A DNA stretch of 35,169 bases from Nanobdellota archaeon (GCA_030695685.1 JAUYPT010000078.1:1-35169); one strand, 5' to 3'. Positions 8,774 through 17,193 are shown, numbered from the stretch's first letter. Translations and numbers: made by a program. The notes: generated from the letters alone by a model not told the origin.

Positions 8774-9009
8774 TGTCTATTATTTAATTACGCCGTAACT
8801 GCCTTTCCTGTCATAACTGCCTATGTGGGGCTTCCATCAAGAATAAATGATGGTTACCTTATCAGGCAATAGGACCATAATCATTTAACCAGTAGCACTG
8901 CTCCGGTCAGTGTAATTATCGTCACATATGATGAATTTAACTCTCATGAAGGAGGGTTATTTATAAAGTTATTGGTTAAAATAAATAGAGGATTGCATTG
9001 ATATCAGGC

Positions 9010-9264
9010 TTAATTTTCATGAACTTTTCTCAGTGTTGACTCCAGCGGACTTACACCAGCGACAAAATCATCGTGTCCAGAACCAGCAAAAGTAACTTTA
9101 AGCCATTTCTCTTTTCCACAGGAACAATCAGTGATTTTATAGTGATGAATGTGCTCTTCCCAATGCGACTTCCATTCTTTCGCACTCAGGTCCTGATGAC
9201 AGTAGTCACAGCGGTGTTTCTTATGATTATCCATCAGGCTAATATCCATTGATTGATTATCCAT
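9010..9264 (-). CDS. Small putative zinc-finger protein (C-x2-C-x11-H-x3-H, C2H2-like)
   Basis: 84-aa ORF with CDYCHQDLSAKEWKSHWEEH plus further His/Cys residues. The start lies 25 nt from the TATA-like box at 9289-9298. Confidence 0.55.
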   Translation of the reverse strand: MDNQSMDISLMDNHKKHRCDYCHQDLSAKEWKSHWEEHIHHYKITDCSCGKEKWLKVTFAGSGHDDFVAGVSPLESTLRKVHEN

Positions 9265-9288
9265 GGAATGAGGGAAATTTGGAGAAAG

Positions 9289-9298
9289 TTTATATAAA
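9289..9298. promoter_or_regulatory. Perfectly palindromic TATA-like box TTTATATAAA, apparently shared by divergent genes
   Basis: It lies 25 nt from the ATG at 9264 (minus strand) and 22 nt from the ATG at 9320 (plus strand). The sequence is its own reverse complement. Confidence 0.5.
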
Positions 9299-9319
9299 TT
9301 ACGCTTTTTTAATGACGTG

Positions 9320-10252
9320 ATGATCTACCTCTTCACAACCATCATTGGCAGCTTTATCCTGGACCATAAATTACAGCTGATTCATTTCCAGCAATTTAAA
9401 GACATTACAGAGTTTCAGGAGAAAGAAAAAGGAGAAGCACAGCTCCGTAAAAAGTATCAACAGCTGCAGCCTCTTCCTCCGGAGAAATATCCTTTGGCTC
9501 TTGCTATGCTCAAGAATAAACAGTATTTTTCCCTGTTTCACCAGCAAAATATGGCGCTTACGAAACAAGCAATTTCCTCTTCCGTAAACGAAGATAATCT
9601 GATTATTCAAACGATTTCCAATATCAGAGAATTGGACAGCGTGACTAATCTGCTCAGTAAACGCCTCAGGGAATGGCATAGCCTTTATTATCCTGAATTA
9701 TCGCACCAAATCGCATCCAATGATGCTTTTGTAAAACTGATTTTGTCTAAAAGTAAAACGGAACTGATGAAAGAATTGCATCAAAAACAAAGTATCGGAG
9801 CAGCATTAGACAAAAGACATTGCGACCAAATCTTACACCTAGCACAGCAGATTGCTAATTTGTATGCCTTGCGGGAAAATCACGAACAATATTTAGAAAA
9901 AGTGATGACAAAATACTGTCCAAATCTTCTTGCTTTAGCCGGCGTTACTATCGGTGCTAAACTTATAGAATTGGCGAAGAGCCTGAAACGTCTGGCGCTG
10001 CTGCCGGCATCCACCATTCAGCTGTTAGGAGCAGAAAAAGCCTTATTCCGCCATTTGCGGACAAAAGCAAAATCACCGAAACATGGCATCATTGTCAATC
10101 ATCCTTTAGTGCAAAAAGCATCGAGAAAAGAACGGGGGAAAGCAGCACGGCGGCTGGCAGATAAGCTCTCGCTCTGCGCACGATTAGATTATTTTAAAGG
10201 CGCATTTAAAGCAGAAGAGTATCAACATGAATTGGAGAAAGCATTAGCGTAA
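9320..10252 (+). CDS. nop5: C/D box sRNP core protein Nop5 (Nop56/58 family), compact form
   Basis: NOSIC-like NLIIQTISNIRELDSVTNLLSKRLREWHSLYYPEL and Nop domain LLGAEKALFRHLRTKAKSPKHGIIVNHP. It is followed directly by fibrillarin. A GTG at 9317 is an alternative start. Confidence 0.9.
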   Translation: MIYLFTTIIGSFILDHKLQLIHFQQFKDITEFQEKEKGEAQLRKKYQQLQPLPPEKYPLALAMLKNKQYFSLFHQQNMALTKQAISSSVNEDNLIIQTISNIRELDSVTNLLSKRLREWHSLYYPELSHQIASNDAFVKLILSKSKTELMKELHQKQSIGAALDKRHCDQILHLAQQIANLYALRENHEQYLEKVMTKYCPNLLALAGVTIGAKLIELAKSLKRLALLPASTIQLLGAEKALFRHLRTKAKSPKHGIIVNHPLVQKASRKERGKAARRLADKLSLCARLDYFKGAFKAEEYQHELEKALA

Positions 10253-10253
10253 A

Positions 10254-10910
10254 ATGATATCACACAAAATCTTTGAGATCTATGAAGAAGGAAGAAGCAT
10301 CTTTACGAAAAGTATTCTCCCAGGTAAAACGCATTTTGACGAAAGAATTGTCACGGAAAAAAGAGAAGAGTATCGGGAGATAGACCCTTCAAGAAGTAAA
10401 TTAGGAGCGATGATTCTCAAAGGCTGCACAAACATTGGCATTCGTAAAAATGATGTTGTGCTCTATCTAGGATCAAGCCACGGGTATACCCCATCGTTTG
10501 TGTCCGACATCATTGGCAAGGACGGCCTGCTTTTTGGCGTTGATCCCGCACCACGGGTGATGAGAGACTTTGTATTTTTATGTGAAGAACGGCGCAATAT
10601 GGTCCCTCTTTTAGCTGATGCTCATCATCCTGAAGAATATCTTCCCCGAATATGCCTTGCTGATATTGTCTATCAGGACATCGCCCAGAAAAATCAGGCT
10701 GAAATCTTTATCAATAATTGCCGCTTATTTCTGAAAAAAGGGGGATATGGGCTGTTTGCAGTAAAAGCGAGAAGCATCGATATTCGAAGGAAGCCGAAAG
10801 ACATTTTCATTGAGATTCGAAATGCATTGGAAAAGGAATTTACTGTCATTGATTACCGCATTTTAGAGCCGTTCCAGAAAGATCATTGTATGATTATTGT
10901 GAAGAAATGA
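10254..10910 (+). CDS. flpA: Fibrillarin-like rRNA/tRNA 2'-O-methyltransferase
   Basis: REIDPSRSKLGAMIL...VLYLGSSHGYTPSFVSDI...VYQDIAQKNQAEI..N....LKKGGYGLFAVKARSID is the fibrillarin SAM-methyltransferase fold. The gene is coupled to nop5. Confidence 0.93.
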   Translation: MISHKIFEIYEEGRSIFTKSILPGKTHFDERIVTEKREEYREIDPSRSKLGAMILKGCTNIGIRKNDVVLYLGSSHGYTPSFVSDIIGKDGLLFGVDPAPRVMRDFVFLCEERRNMVPLLADAHHPEEYLPRICLADIVYQDIAQKNQAEIFINNCRLFLKKGGYGLFAVKARSIDIRRKPKDIFIEIRNALEKEFTVIDYRILEPFQKDHCMIIVKK

Positions 10911-10911
10911 A

Positions 10912-11913
10912 TTAACGTTCACGAAGATAACTAAATTCATATCTCTTTTCACACATATTTATCAAAGCTTGTGCATCAGAAATAATTGAGGGTAATTGAT
11001 TTTTGTAATAATCAGTTAATACATTAGCTTTGAAATCAACATAATAATGAATATTTTTATTGTAAATAGTTATAGTATTTTCTGGAGTACAAAAGATTGT
11101 TGCACTTTGAAGATAATTTAAACCTGTAACTAAAGTTAAATCCTCAGCAGGTTTTTCCCAATAATTTTCAGTAGTCCTATTAACGATGATATTATAGTGA
11201 TCTAAAGATATTAAATGTCTTAATACTATTTTTTGACTAACACTTTCTAAAAGTATAGTTTCATCCACAATTACTTCTTGATTATTTAAAGAATGACTAA
11301 TGTAAGAAAGTTCATTATCATTATAATTTTTTTGAATTAGTTTAAGAGCATCACCTTTTTGAAAACTTTCAATAAATTCTTGTCTGTTTCTTTCAATATG
11401 TTCACTAAAATAATGTTCATTATTTTTAACATAAGCGAGAAGTTCTTCCCCTGGTTTAATAGGATTCTCACTCATTAATGATACTGTAACAAGCCTATAA
11501 GGTAATACTTTATTCACTTTTTTGTCATATGATGATGTAATACCTAAAGTATTAGTTCGCAATGGCTGATAAGCAAAAAAACTAATGTCTGCAAATTCTT
11601 TATCTTTCTGTAAAACTAAGAATTCATCAGGGTTAAAAATCAAGACATTTCCTATGTCTGCTTGCAAATCAGAAAGGGTATAAGAACTTGCTTTAACATT
11701 TGAACCATTATCAGATTCTAATAAATTACCTGTTTCATCACGATCACAAATAGAATTATCATTTTTATCTAAGCAACATTCAGTTCCTACAAGAATATAA
11801 GGCTTATTGCAGACAACCTGATTAGTGTTAGTAGTGCTTTGGGTACAGCCAGTTATAATAACTAAGAAAGTCACTAACAAAAAACATAATAGTATATTTC
11901 TTAACAAAGACAT
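10912..11913 (-). CDS. Hypothetical secreted lipoprotein (signal peptide plus lipobox-like ITGC, Cys-rich N-terminal segment)
   Basis: 333-aa ORF with hydrophobic N-terminus LLCFLLVTFLVIITGCTQ. It is visibly more AT-rich than its neighbours. A TATA-like TTTATTTAAAT lies about 20-30 nt upstream. Confidence 0.6.
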   Translation of the reverse strand: MSLLRNILLCFLLVTFLVIITGCTQSTTNTNQVVCNKPYILVGTECCLDKNDNSICDRDETGNLLESDNGSNVKASSYTLSDLQADIGNVLIFNPDEFLVLQKDKEFADISFFAYQPLRTNTLGITSSYDKKVNKVLPYRLVTVSLMSENPIKPGEELLAYVKNNEHYFSEHIERNRQEFIESFQKGDALKLIQKNYNDNELSYISHSLNNQEVIVDETILLESVSQKIVLRHLISLDHYNIIVNRTTENYWEKPAEDLTLVTGLNYLQSATIFCTPENTITIYNKNIHYYVDFKANVLTDYYKNQLPSIISDAQALINMCEKRYEFSYLRER

Positions 11914-11977
11914 TTGCAGAAAAAAATGATGGGTTTATTTAAATGTTTTCAAAAAGTTAACCGATAAAGAGCACAAT

Positions 11978-12217
11978 TCATTCTTCTTCCTTCTTCACAT
12001 GAATAATATTAACCGGACAAACGTCAGCTGCTTCCTGATTAATTCTCCGCGTCTCTTCATCAGTTACAAGTAACTCTTGATGATCTTCTTTTTCTTCGGA
12101 ACCTTTCAATTCGGCTAACCCCTGTTCGTCCATCTCCCAGAACTCCGGGCTAATCGCAACGCAGGCGCCGCAGCTGATGCATTTTTTCTTAAAATGAATT
12201 ATGGTATGAATTGTCAT
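11978..12217 (-). CDS. Small ferredoxin (single [Fe-S] cluster type)
   Basis: CISCGACVAISPEFW...CPVNIIHV. I prefer the start at 12217 (MTIHTI..), which lies 22 nt from TATA-like TTATAAAA (12239-12246, minus strand). The longer ORF start at 12235 is possible. Confidence 0.8.
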   Translation of the reverse strand: MTIHTIIHFKKKCISCGACVAISPEFWEMDEQGLAELKGSEEKEDHQELLVTDEETRRINQEAADVCPVNIIHVKKEEE

Positions 12218-12238
12218 GACTTCATTAAAAGTCATGTT

Positions 12239-12246
12239 TTTTATAA
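12239..12246 (-). promoter_or_regulatory. TATA-like box for the ferredoxin gene
   Basis: TTATAAAA read on the minus strand, ending 22 nt before the ATG at 12217. Confidence 0.4.
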
Positions 12247-12307
12247 GTTTTATCTCGATACTCTACTTCCTAAATACATTTAAGGCTTTTAATCTTATCA
12301 TAAAAGT

Positions 12308-13060
12308 ATGAAGTATAGGGCCATCTCTTTCCATGGTTTTGACGGCAGAAAAGAGGAATTAGAGGCGATCGAACGGTTTAAGAGTCTCAGCCCGATGCAT
12401 TATCGAACGAATGATTATTCACATTCTCATCGAGTATTATGGTTAGCAGAAGATATTTTGCCCTACGCAGTTACTGTTTTTCCCAATCTTAACGTTGAAA
12501 TGACGCGTACGCTTTCTCCTACTCACGATGATCCGGAAATAATTATCGGAGATATTGAGTTGGATCAAAAATTAAAAATGAGTGTGCAAGAGCTGCATCA
12601 ATTAGAGCAGGATGAGTCGGCTGCCATTGAAATACTGGCAGCACGATTTCCAAAAATGATTAATGGGTTCAATTATCGGGAATTATTATACCATGCGCTT
12701 CGCAAAAACAGTATCGAAGCGCAGCTGGTATCCTACGTTGATAAAATCGATGCCCGGGAAGAATCACGCCATGAGATTGCAGCAGGAAATAAATTATTCA
12801 TACCTTCTGCACAGCGGTATGATGCTATATTCAAAGCCAAAGAAACCCGTTGGCCATTGATTACATCTTTATTTGGATGTGGTCATCCTTTTTTTACTGA
12901 GATGCTCGAACAGGATTTAGAAACTATTGCCAAAAAAGGAACATTTCATACGCCAGAATCTATCCAGCAGCGTAGCGGCGATCCTGCCTATGATTGCTGG
13001 AAAAGAATTACCATAGAACGTTGCGGGATAGAAAGTTTAGTAACCGTCAAAGAGTCATGA
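12308..13060 (+). CDS. HD-domain metal-dependent phosphohydrolase (YfbR-like 5'-nucleotidase type)
   Basis: HSHRV...(about 28 aa)...THDDPEIIIGDI matches the H..HD..E..GD arrangement of the HD superfamily. Confidence 0.75.
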   Translation: MKYRAISFHGFDGRKEELEAIERFKSLSPMHYRTNDYSHSHRVLWLAEDILPYAVTVFPNLNVEMTRTLSPTHDDPEIIIGDIELDQKLKMSVQELHQLEQDESAAIEILAARFPKMINGFNYRELLYHALRKNSIEAQLVSYVDKIDAREESRHEIAAGNKLFIPSAQRYDAIFKAKETRWPLITSLFGCGHPFFTEMLEQDLETIAKKGTFHTPESIQQRSGDPAYDCWKRITIERCGIESLVTVKES

Positions 13061-13088
13061 AAGATCATCATCAGCGAGACCACAAAAC

Positions 13089-13096
13089 TTATATAA
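13089..13096 (+). promoter_or_regulatory. TATA-like box
   Basis: TTATATAA ends 22 nt before the ATG at 13118. Confidence 0.45.
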
Positions 13097-13117
13097 CTAA
13101 TTTGTTTTATAGAAGAG

Positions 13118-14074
13118 ATGAAAAAAAGGGGCGCTATCACCATTAGTTTTGTGTTGATAACAGTACTTTTCCTTCTTACTGCCTGCCAGCGTGTTCCCGG
13201 TGGTGAACGACCGGAAGATACCGCTGCTGCGTTGCGGCAAGTGCAAGTAGGAACACAAGGCATTGAAGCGAAAGTATTGCCAAATTATCCGCCGCCAACT
13301 ATTTACGACCAGAATGAATTGATCACTATTGTGGAAGTGAGGAATAGAGGTAATAATAATCTAGAACCGCAGGAATGCTTTGTCAGAATTAATGGGTTTG
13401 ATCCCAACATTGTTGGCGGTGATTACCAGCGGGCACGATCCTGCGCGGAAAATATTGGCCTTCTCGAAGGTAAAACAGTGTTTAATATAGAGGGAAGTTT
13501 TAACCAAATAGAGTTCCGTACTCCCAACATCGTCCTTCCTGCCGGTGTTCCTGATTATGATCCTGCTCTTAAAATTCTTGCCTGTTACAATTATCATACC
13601 CGGGCTAATCCGCAAGTATGCATCGATCCTCTGCGGTACCAGGTAACTGCAGAACAAAAGACATGTACACCGCAGAATGTCGCCATGGGCGGCGGCCAAG
13701 GCGGACCAGTGGGCGTAACCTACGTTGGTGTGGAAATGACCGGCAGCAAAGCAATCTTTGACATTAACGTTGCTAATCTTGGCCCGGGACGGGTATTAAG
13801 CCCGTATACGGATATTCAATCTTGTAATGATGCTAGCATCGATCGAACAGATTTTGATAAAGTAGCATATAGTGTAGAATTAGCAAGCGGCGCTCTTGTT
13901 GACTGCAAGCCGAGAGACGGCTTTGTTCGTTTAAGCAATGGACAAGGCAAAATCCTCTGTACTTTTAATATTCCTGGAACAACAGCGTATGAAACACCAC
14001 TATTAATTGATTTGGATTATGGGTATATCCAATCTTCGCCAATGTCGGTGCGGATTATCAAGACGCCGGAGTAA
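13118..14074 (+). CDS. Secreted lipoprotein, paralogue A (beta-sandwich/CARDB-like repeats suspected)
   Basis: Signal peptide plus lipobox LLTAC. It is clearly homologous to ORF 14240-15148 (GTQGIEAK/GTQGVIAK, ACYNYHT/VEYNYQT, LDYGY/LDYKY). Confidence 0.7.
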   Translation: MKKRGAITISFVLITVLFLLTACQRVPGGERPEDTAAALRQVQVGTQGIEAKVLPNYPPPTIYDQNELITIVEVRNRGNNNLEPQECFVRINGFDPNIVGGDYQRARSCAENIGLLEGKTVFNIEGSFNQIEFRTPNIVLPAGVPDYDPALKILACYNYHTRANPQVCIDPLRYQVTAEQKTCTPQNVAMGGGQGGPVGVTYVGVEMTGSKAIFDINVANLGPGRVLSPYTDIQSCNDASIDRTDFDKVAYSVELASGALVDCKPRDGFVRLSNGQGKILCTFNIPGTTAYETPLLIDLDYGYIQSSPMSVRIIKTPE

Positions 14075-14094
14075 AGAAATTCCTACTATTTCTA

Positions 14095-14149
14095 ACTCCG
14101 CTTGGGTCTGTCACAGTAAGCAAACAAAGTATAGGATCCAAGGCGGAGT
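14095..14149 (+). other. Hairpin (11-bp stem with one bulge, about 32-nt loop) between the two lipoprotein paralogues
   Basis: ACTCCGCTTGG...CCAAGGCGGAGT form inverted repeats starting 21 nt after the stop of the upstream gene. Confidence 0.4.
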
Positions 14150-14239
14150 AAAATGTGATTTTGTTCCATCACATCAGCGCAAACTTTAAATACCAATTCT
14201 CTTTAATGAAACATAGTATATATCACGAAAGAGGATAAT

Positions 14240-15148
14240 ATGATGCAACGAAAAAAAATAAGTATAATGTTATTATTAGCATTGTTAGTTCTTCTTACTG
14301 CCTGTCAAACACAACAGCAGCCAACACCTCAGAGAGGCGCATTCATCGGCGGAACTCAGGGAGTCATTGCCAAATTTGAGCTCTTTGGTGTGGAAGAAGA
14401 AGGTGTCTATACTATTTTTAGTTCCGAAACATTCCCAATGGAAGTAACCTTATTCAATAAAGGAGAATATCAACTGCAGCCTGGAGATGTCATGGTTAAA
14501 TTATTAGGGCCATCTCAAAGTGAATTTAGCGGCATCGCCTCGTGGAGTTTAGCAAATAGCGGTGTTATTGATAAAGTTTCAGAACTTTCGACATCCGGTG
14601 GAGAAGAAACGATTACCTTCGCGATAGATGCATTATATCGTACGGATGTTATTGGTGTTGTTGATCGGGAATGGTTTGCCAATGTGGAATATAATTATCA
14701 GACTTCTGTCATCATCCCGGAAGTATGTTTAAAAGAAGATTTAACGGATACACGAGTCTGTGACGTTAAAGAAGCGAAGCCATTCTTTGTTTCTGGTGCG
14801 CCAATAACGGTTAGCAGTGTCGAAGAGGAAACTGCGGGAAAAGGAATTATGGCATTAAAAATAAAAGTAAAGAATGTTGGCGGCGGAAAAGTAACCATGC
14901 GTGGTGAAGAATTCAGCGCAACGAATGAACAATTATCCTATTCTTTAGATGATCCTGACTGGGAATGTAAATCTACCGGAAGGGTTAATGAAGCACGGTT
15001 GAGGGATAACGAAGCAGAAATTGTCTGCAAATTAAAAAATCCATTATCACCCGGCACAGTTTCTACAAAACAGGTGAAGTTAACACTGGATTATAAGTAT
15101 AGAGATATTATCCAAGAAACGCTGAGAATAAAAGAAAGTGCGGAATAA
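14240..15148 (+). CDS. Secreted lipoprotein, paralogue B
   Basis: Signal peptide plus lipobox LLTAC, homologous to 13118-14074. A GAGGA Shine-Dalgarno-like motif sits 5 nt upstream. ATG 14243 is an alternative start. Confidence 0.7.
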   Translation: MMQRKKISIMLLLALLVLLTACQTQQQPTPQRGAFIGGTQGVIAKFELFGVEEEGVYTIFSSETFPMEVTLFNKGEYQLQPGDVMVKLLGPSQSEFSGIASWSLANSGVIDKVSELSTSGGEETITFAIDALYRTDVIGVVDREWFANVEYNYQTSVIIPEVCLKEDLTDTRVCDVKEAKPFFVSGAPITVSSVEEETAGKGIMALKIKVKNVGGGKVTMRGEEFSATNEQLSYSLDDPDWECKSTGRVNEARLRDNEAEIVCKLKNPLSPGTVSTKQVKLTLDYKYRDIIQETLRIKESAE

Positions 15149-15156
15149 GTACGTTA

Positions 15157-15459
15157 CTAATTGCTTTTCTGCAGTAAAAATTGCCGGAATTCGAGCTCTG
15201 TAGTTTGCGTCGGCTGCATCGTCTTTAATTTTTGTTCTAAATTTTCAAGAGTAAGACTTATTTTTGTTGGCGGAATATAAGAACTGACATCAACGTTCAG
15301 CATCGCCCGATCTGCGTGAAAGGTCATTTCAGTAGACGACGAAAAATCAAGGGTATAAATGGCATAAGAACTATTTTCTCCTGTGAAGGCAACAACAAGC
15401 CTTTTTTCGTCCTCGTTTTTCAGAAAATAATTATAACATCCCCAGTTAGTTTCAACCAT
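15157..15459 (-). CDS. Hypothetical protein co-transcribed downstream of rfcS
   Basis: ORF on the rfcS strand. The ATG at 15459 (MVETNWG..) lies 1 nt after the rfcS stop (15461-15463), so I prefer it to the overlapping start at 15486. Confidence 0.5.
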   Translation of the reverse strand: MVETNWGCYNYFLKNEDEKRLVVAFTGENSSYAIYTLDFSSSTEMTFHADRAMLNVDVSSYIPPTKISLTLENLEQKLKTMQPTQTTELEFRQFLLQKSN

Positions 15460-15460
15460 G

Positions 15461-16438
15461 CTATTTCCCTCCGACAAGGACAACATGCGCTAAAAAACTT
15501 TCCAGTTGAATATATTCATCGCTGCCTTCAACCATCCTGAATTCGATCTCTCCGCATTTGTCCACCAGCGCTACTTTTTTTCTATCTTCTACGTTCAGAT
15601 TCCAGATTTCTTTCTGAATCTGTTTAATCACATCCAATCCTGATAATCCATACTCCAGCATTACATTGAGCAGTTTTTTCCGTGATTCTTTAAAATCGCC
15701 CGCAGCTGCAATTGACAATAATTCATGAATTTCCTTCGGCTTGGCAACCGAAGCCATGGAGTAAATATCTTCCGTTTTAATGTACTCGCCTTCTTTTTTA
15801 GTTGTAAAACAACTTTGCATAATATTGGTTAATCGCCGTACATCACCATCGCTTACTTCATAGAGCGCTTCCTTGATAGATGGTGATATAACTTGTCTAG
15901 ACTCTTTCCCTTCTTCTGTGACAATTTTCTCAATAACTTCGATTATCTCTTCCTTACTCAACGGCTTAAACCGAAATACTGCACATCGGCTTTGGATAGG
16001 ATCGATTATTTTAGAAGAATAGTTGCAGCTGAGAATGAAACGGCAGGTTTTGGTATAATTTTCCATTGTCCGCCGCAAGGCCTGCTGCGCCTCTTTTGTA
16101 AGAGCATCACATTCATCCAAATAAATTAACTTGAACGGCACATTCCCCAACGCTTTTGTTCTGGCAAAATCCTTAACTTTAACACGTACAACATCGATGC
16201 CTCTTTCATCCGAGGCATTTAATTCCAGCATATTCTGCTGCCAATTATCTTTAAAAAGCTGTTTGGCAATGACTAAGGAGAGCGACGTTTTTCCAACACC
16301 GGCAGGGCCGGAGAATAAAAGATGCGGCATGTTGCCGGATTTTACAAAGGCTTCTACTTTCTGCACAATCTCTTTCTGCCCTTTGATTTCATCAAACGTA
16401 GAAGGGCGGTATTTTTCAGTCCAGATTGCCGATGTCAT
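15461..16438 (-). CDS. rfcS: Replication factor C small subunit
   Basis: WTEKYRPSTFDEIKGQ, Walker A GPAGVGKTS, LELNASDERGID, DEAD-like YLDECDAL, SRC motif QSRCAVFRF. Confidence 0.95.
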   Translation of the reverse strand: MTSAIWTEKYRPSTFDEIKGQKEIVQKVEAFVKSGNMPHLLFSGPAGVGKTSLSLVIAKQLFKDNWQQNMLELNASDERGIDVVRVKVKDFARTKALGNVPFKLIYLDECDALTKEAQQALRRTMENYTKTCRFILSCNYSSKIIDPIQSRCAVFRFKPLSKEEIIEVIEKIVTEEGKESRQVISPSIKEALYEVSDGDVRRLTNIMQSCFTTKKEGEYIKTEDIYSMASVAKPKEIHELLSIAAAGDFKESRKKLLNVMLEYGLSGLDVIKQIQKEIWNLNVEDRKKVALVDKCGEIEFRMVEGSDEYIQLESFLAHVVLVGGK

Positions 16439-16522
16439 CCTTCATGAAAGCAGTTCGCTCATTTATAAGTTTTATCTAAATTTATCTACATCAAAGAAAT
16501 CTGCTGAGTACTTCTTACAATC

Positions 16523-16714
16523 TCAAAATGTCCATAATAAAATAGTGCCCATAAGATCAAAAGCCTGGTCAAATGAAATTCCAAATAGAAAGATCAGAAC
16601 AACAAGAACAACGATTGCATAATACAAGAATTTACTTAAAAATACGAGTATTTTATCTAAAAACAATAATGTCAGGATAACAATAATAATCCCTGTTACG
16701 GAAAAAGGGTCCAT
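16523..16714 (-). CDS. Small membrane protein (two predicted TM helices)
   Basis: 63-aa ORF that is almost entirely hydrophobic (IIIVILTLLFL..., AIVVLVVLIFLFGI). No family recognised. Confidence 0.4.
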   Translation of the reverse strand: MDPFSVTGIIIVILTLLFLDKILVFLSKFLYYAIVVLVVLIFLFGISFDQAFDLMGTILLWTF

Positions 16715-16870
16715 GAGTAATTAAAATGAAAACTGGTATTTAATAATTTCTCTCCATTAAAATAGAAAATTACGCTGCAATGAGAAAAAGATCATCAAAC
16801 TCTTCCTCAAAATCTCCTTGCAGGTAATGGTACTGTACTAAATTATGAATATGTTTCTGTCGATTCATAT

Positions 16871-17167
16871 TTATTCTTGTGCTTCTTCCTCAGCTGGATT
16901 TCCACCGCTCGGAACTGCATTTCGGGAAACGATTAAGATATCTCCCACAGCTCGTACCATTTGGTGCGGAACGATTACCCCTTTAGCGCTGCCTAAAACT
17001 CTGCTTAAAAAAGAGTTTTTGGTTGCTTTTACTTTCCATCCGGAAACTTTATTCCCGGCAACAATACTATCTTCAATATCACCAAAATACTCGCCGGAAT
17101 CGGTAAATACCCTTAAATCGTAGGTTTCAGACACTTTTTTCATTTTTAGCATGGATGACCACCTCAC
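16871..17167 (-). CDS. PRC-barrel domain protein
   Basis: DLRVFTDSGEYFGDIEDSIVAGNKVSGWKV...VIVPHQMVRAVGDILIV matches the PRC-barrel pattern. Confidence 0.7.
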   Translation of the reverse strand: MRWSSMLKMKKVSETYDLRVFTDSGEYFGDIEDSIVAGNKVSGWKVKATKNSFLSRVLGSAKGVIVPHQMVRAVGDILIVSRNAVPSGGNPAEEEAQE

Positions 17168-17193
17168 TCCAGCAGTTGTTGAAATTAAGTAGG

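Noticed and set aside
8920-8945. ATGATGA (C-box-like) in the uL3 upstream region, and GATGATGATG at 19540-19549, as possible C/D box sRNAs. They are relevant because nop5-flpA are nearby.
   Set aside because: No properly spaced D/D' (CUGA) and C' boxes or terminal stem could be found. The second site lies inside RNase P RNA.
13361-13699. 112-aa minus-strand ORF. The same applies to 12988-13263, 14698-14898, 17287-17499, 17947-18210, 18509-18715, 18903-19136, 20426-20722, 21375-21608, 22109-22354, 23250-23438, 23710-23950, 30227-30445, 30558-30800, 31071-31664, 33920-34141 and 34673-34858.
   Set aside because: All are antisense to longer ORFs with recognisable domains or paralogues. I treat them as shadow ORFs.
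16770-16868. 32-aa minus-strand ORF (MNRQKHIHNLVQYHYLQGDFEEEFDDLFLIAA) starting 2 nt after the PRC-barrel gene stop.
   Set aside because: The translational-coupling geometry is suggestive. The ORF is too short and has no recognisable motif, so it is not supported from sequence alone.
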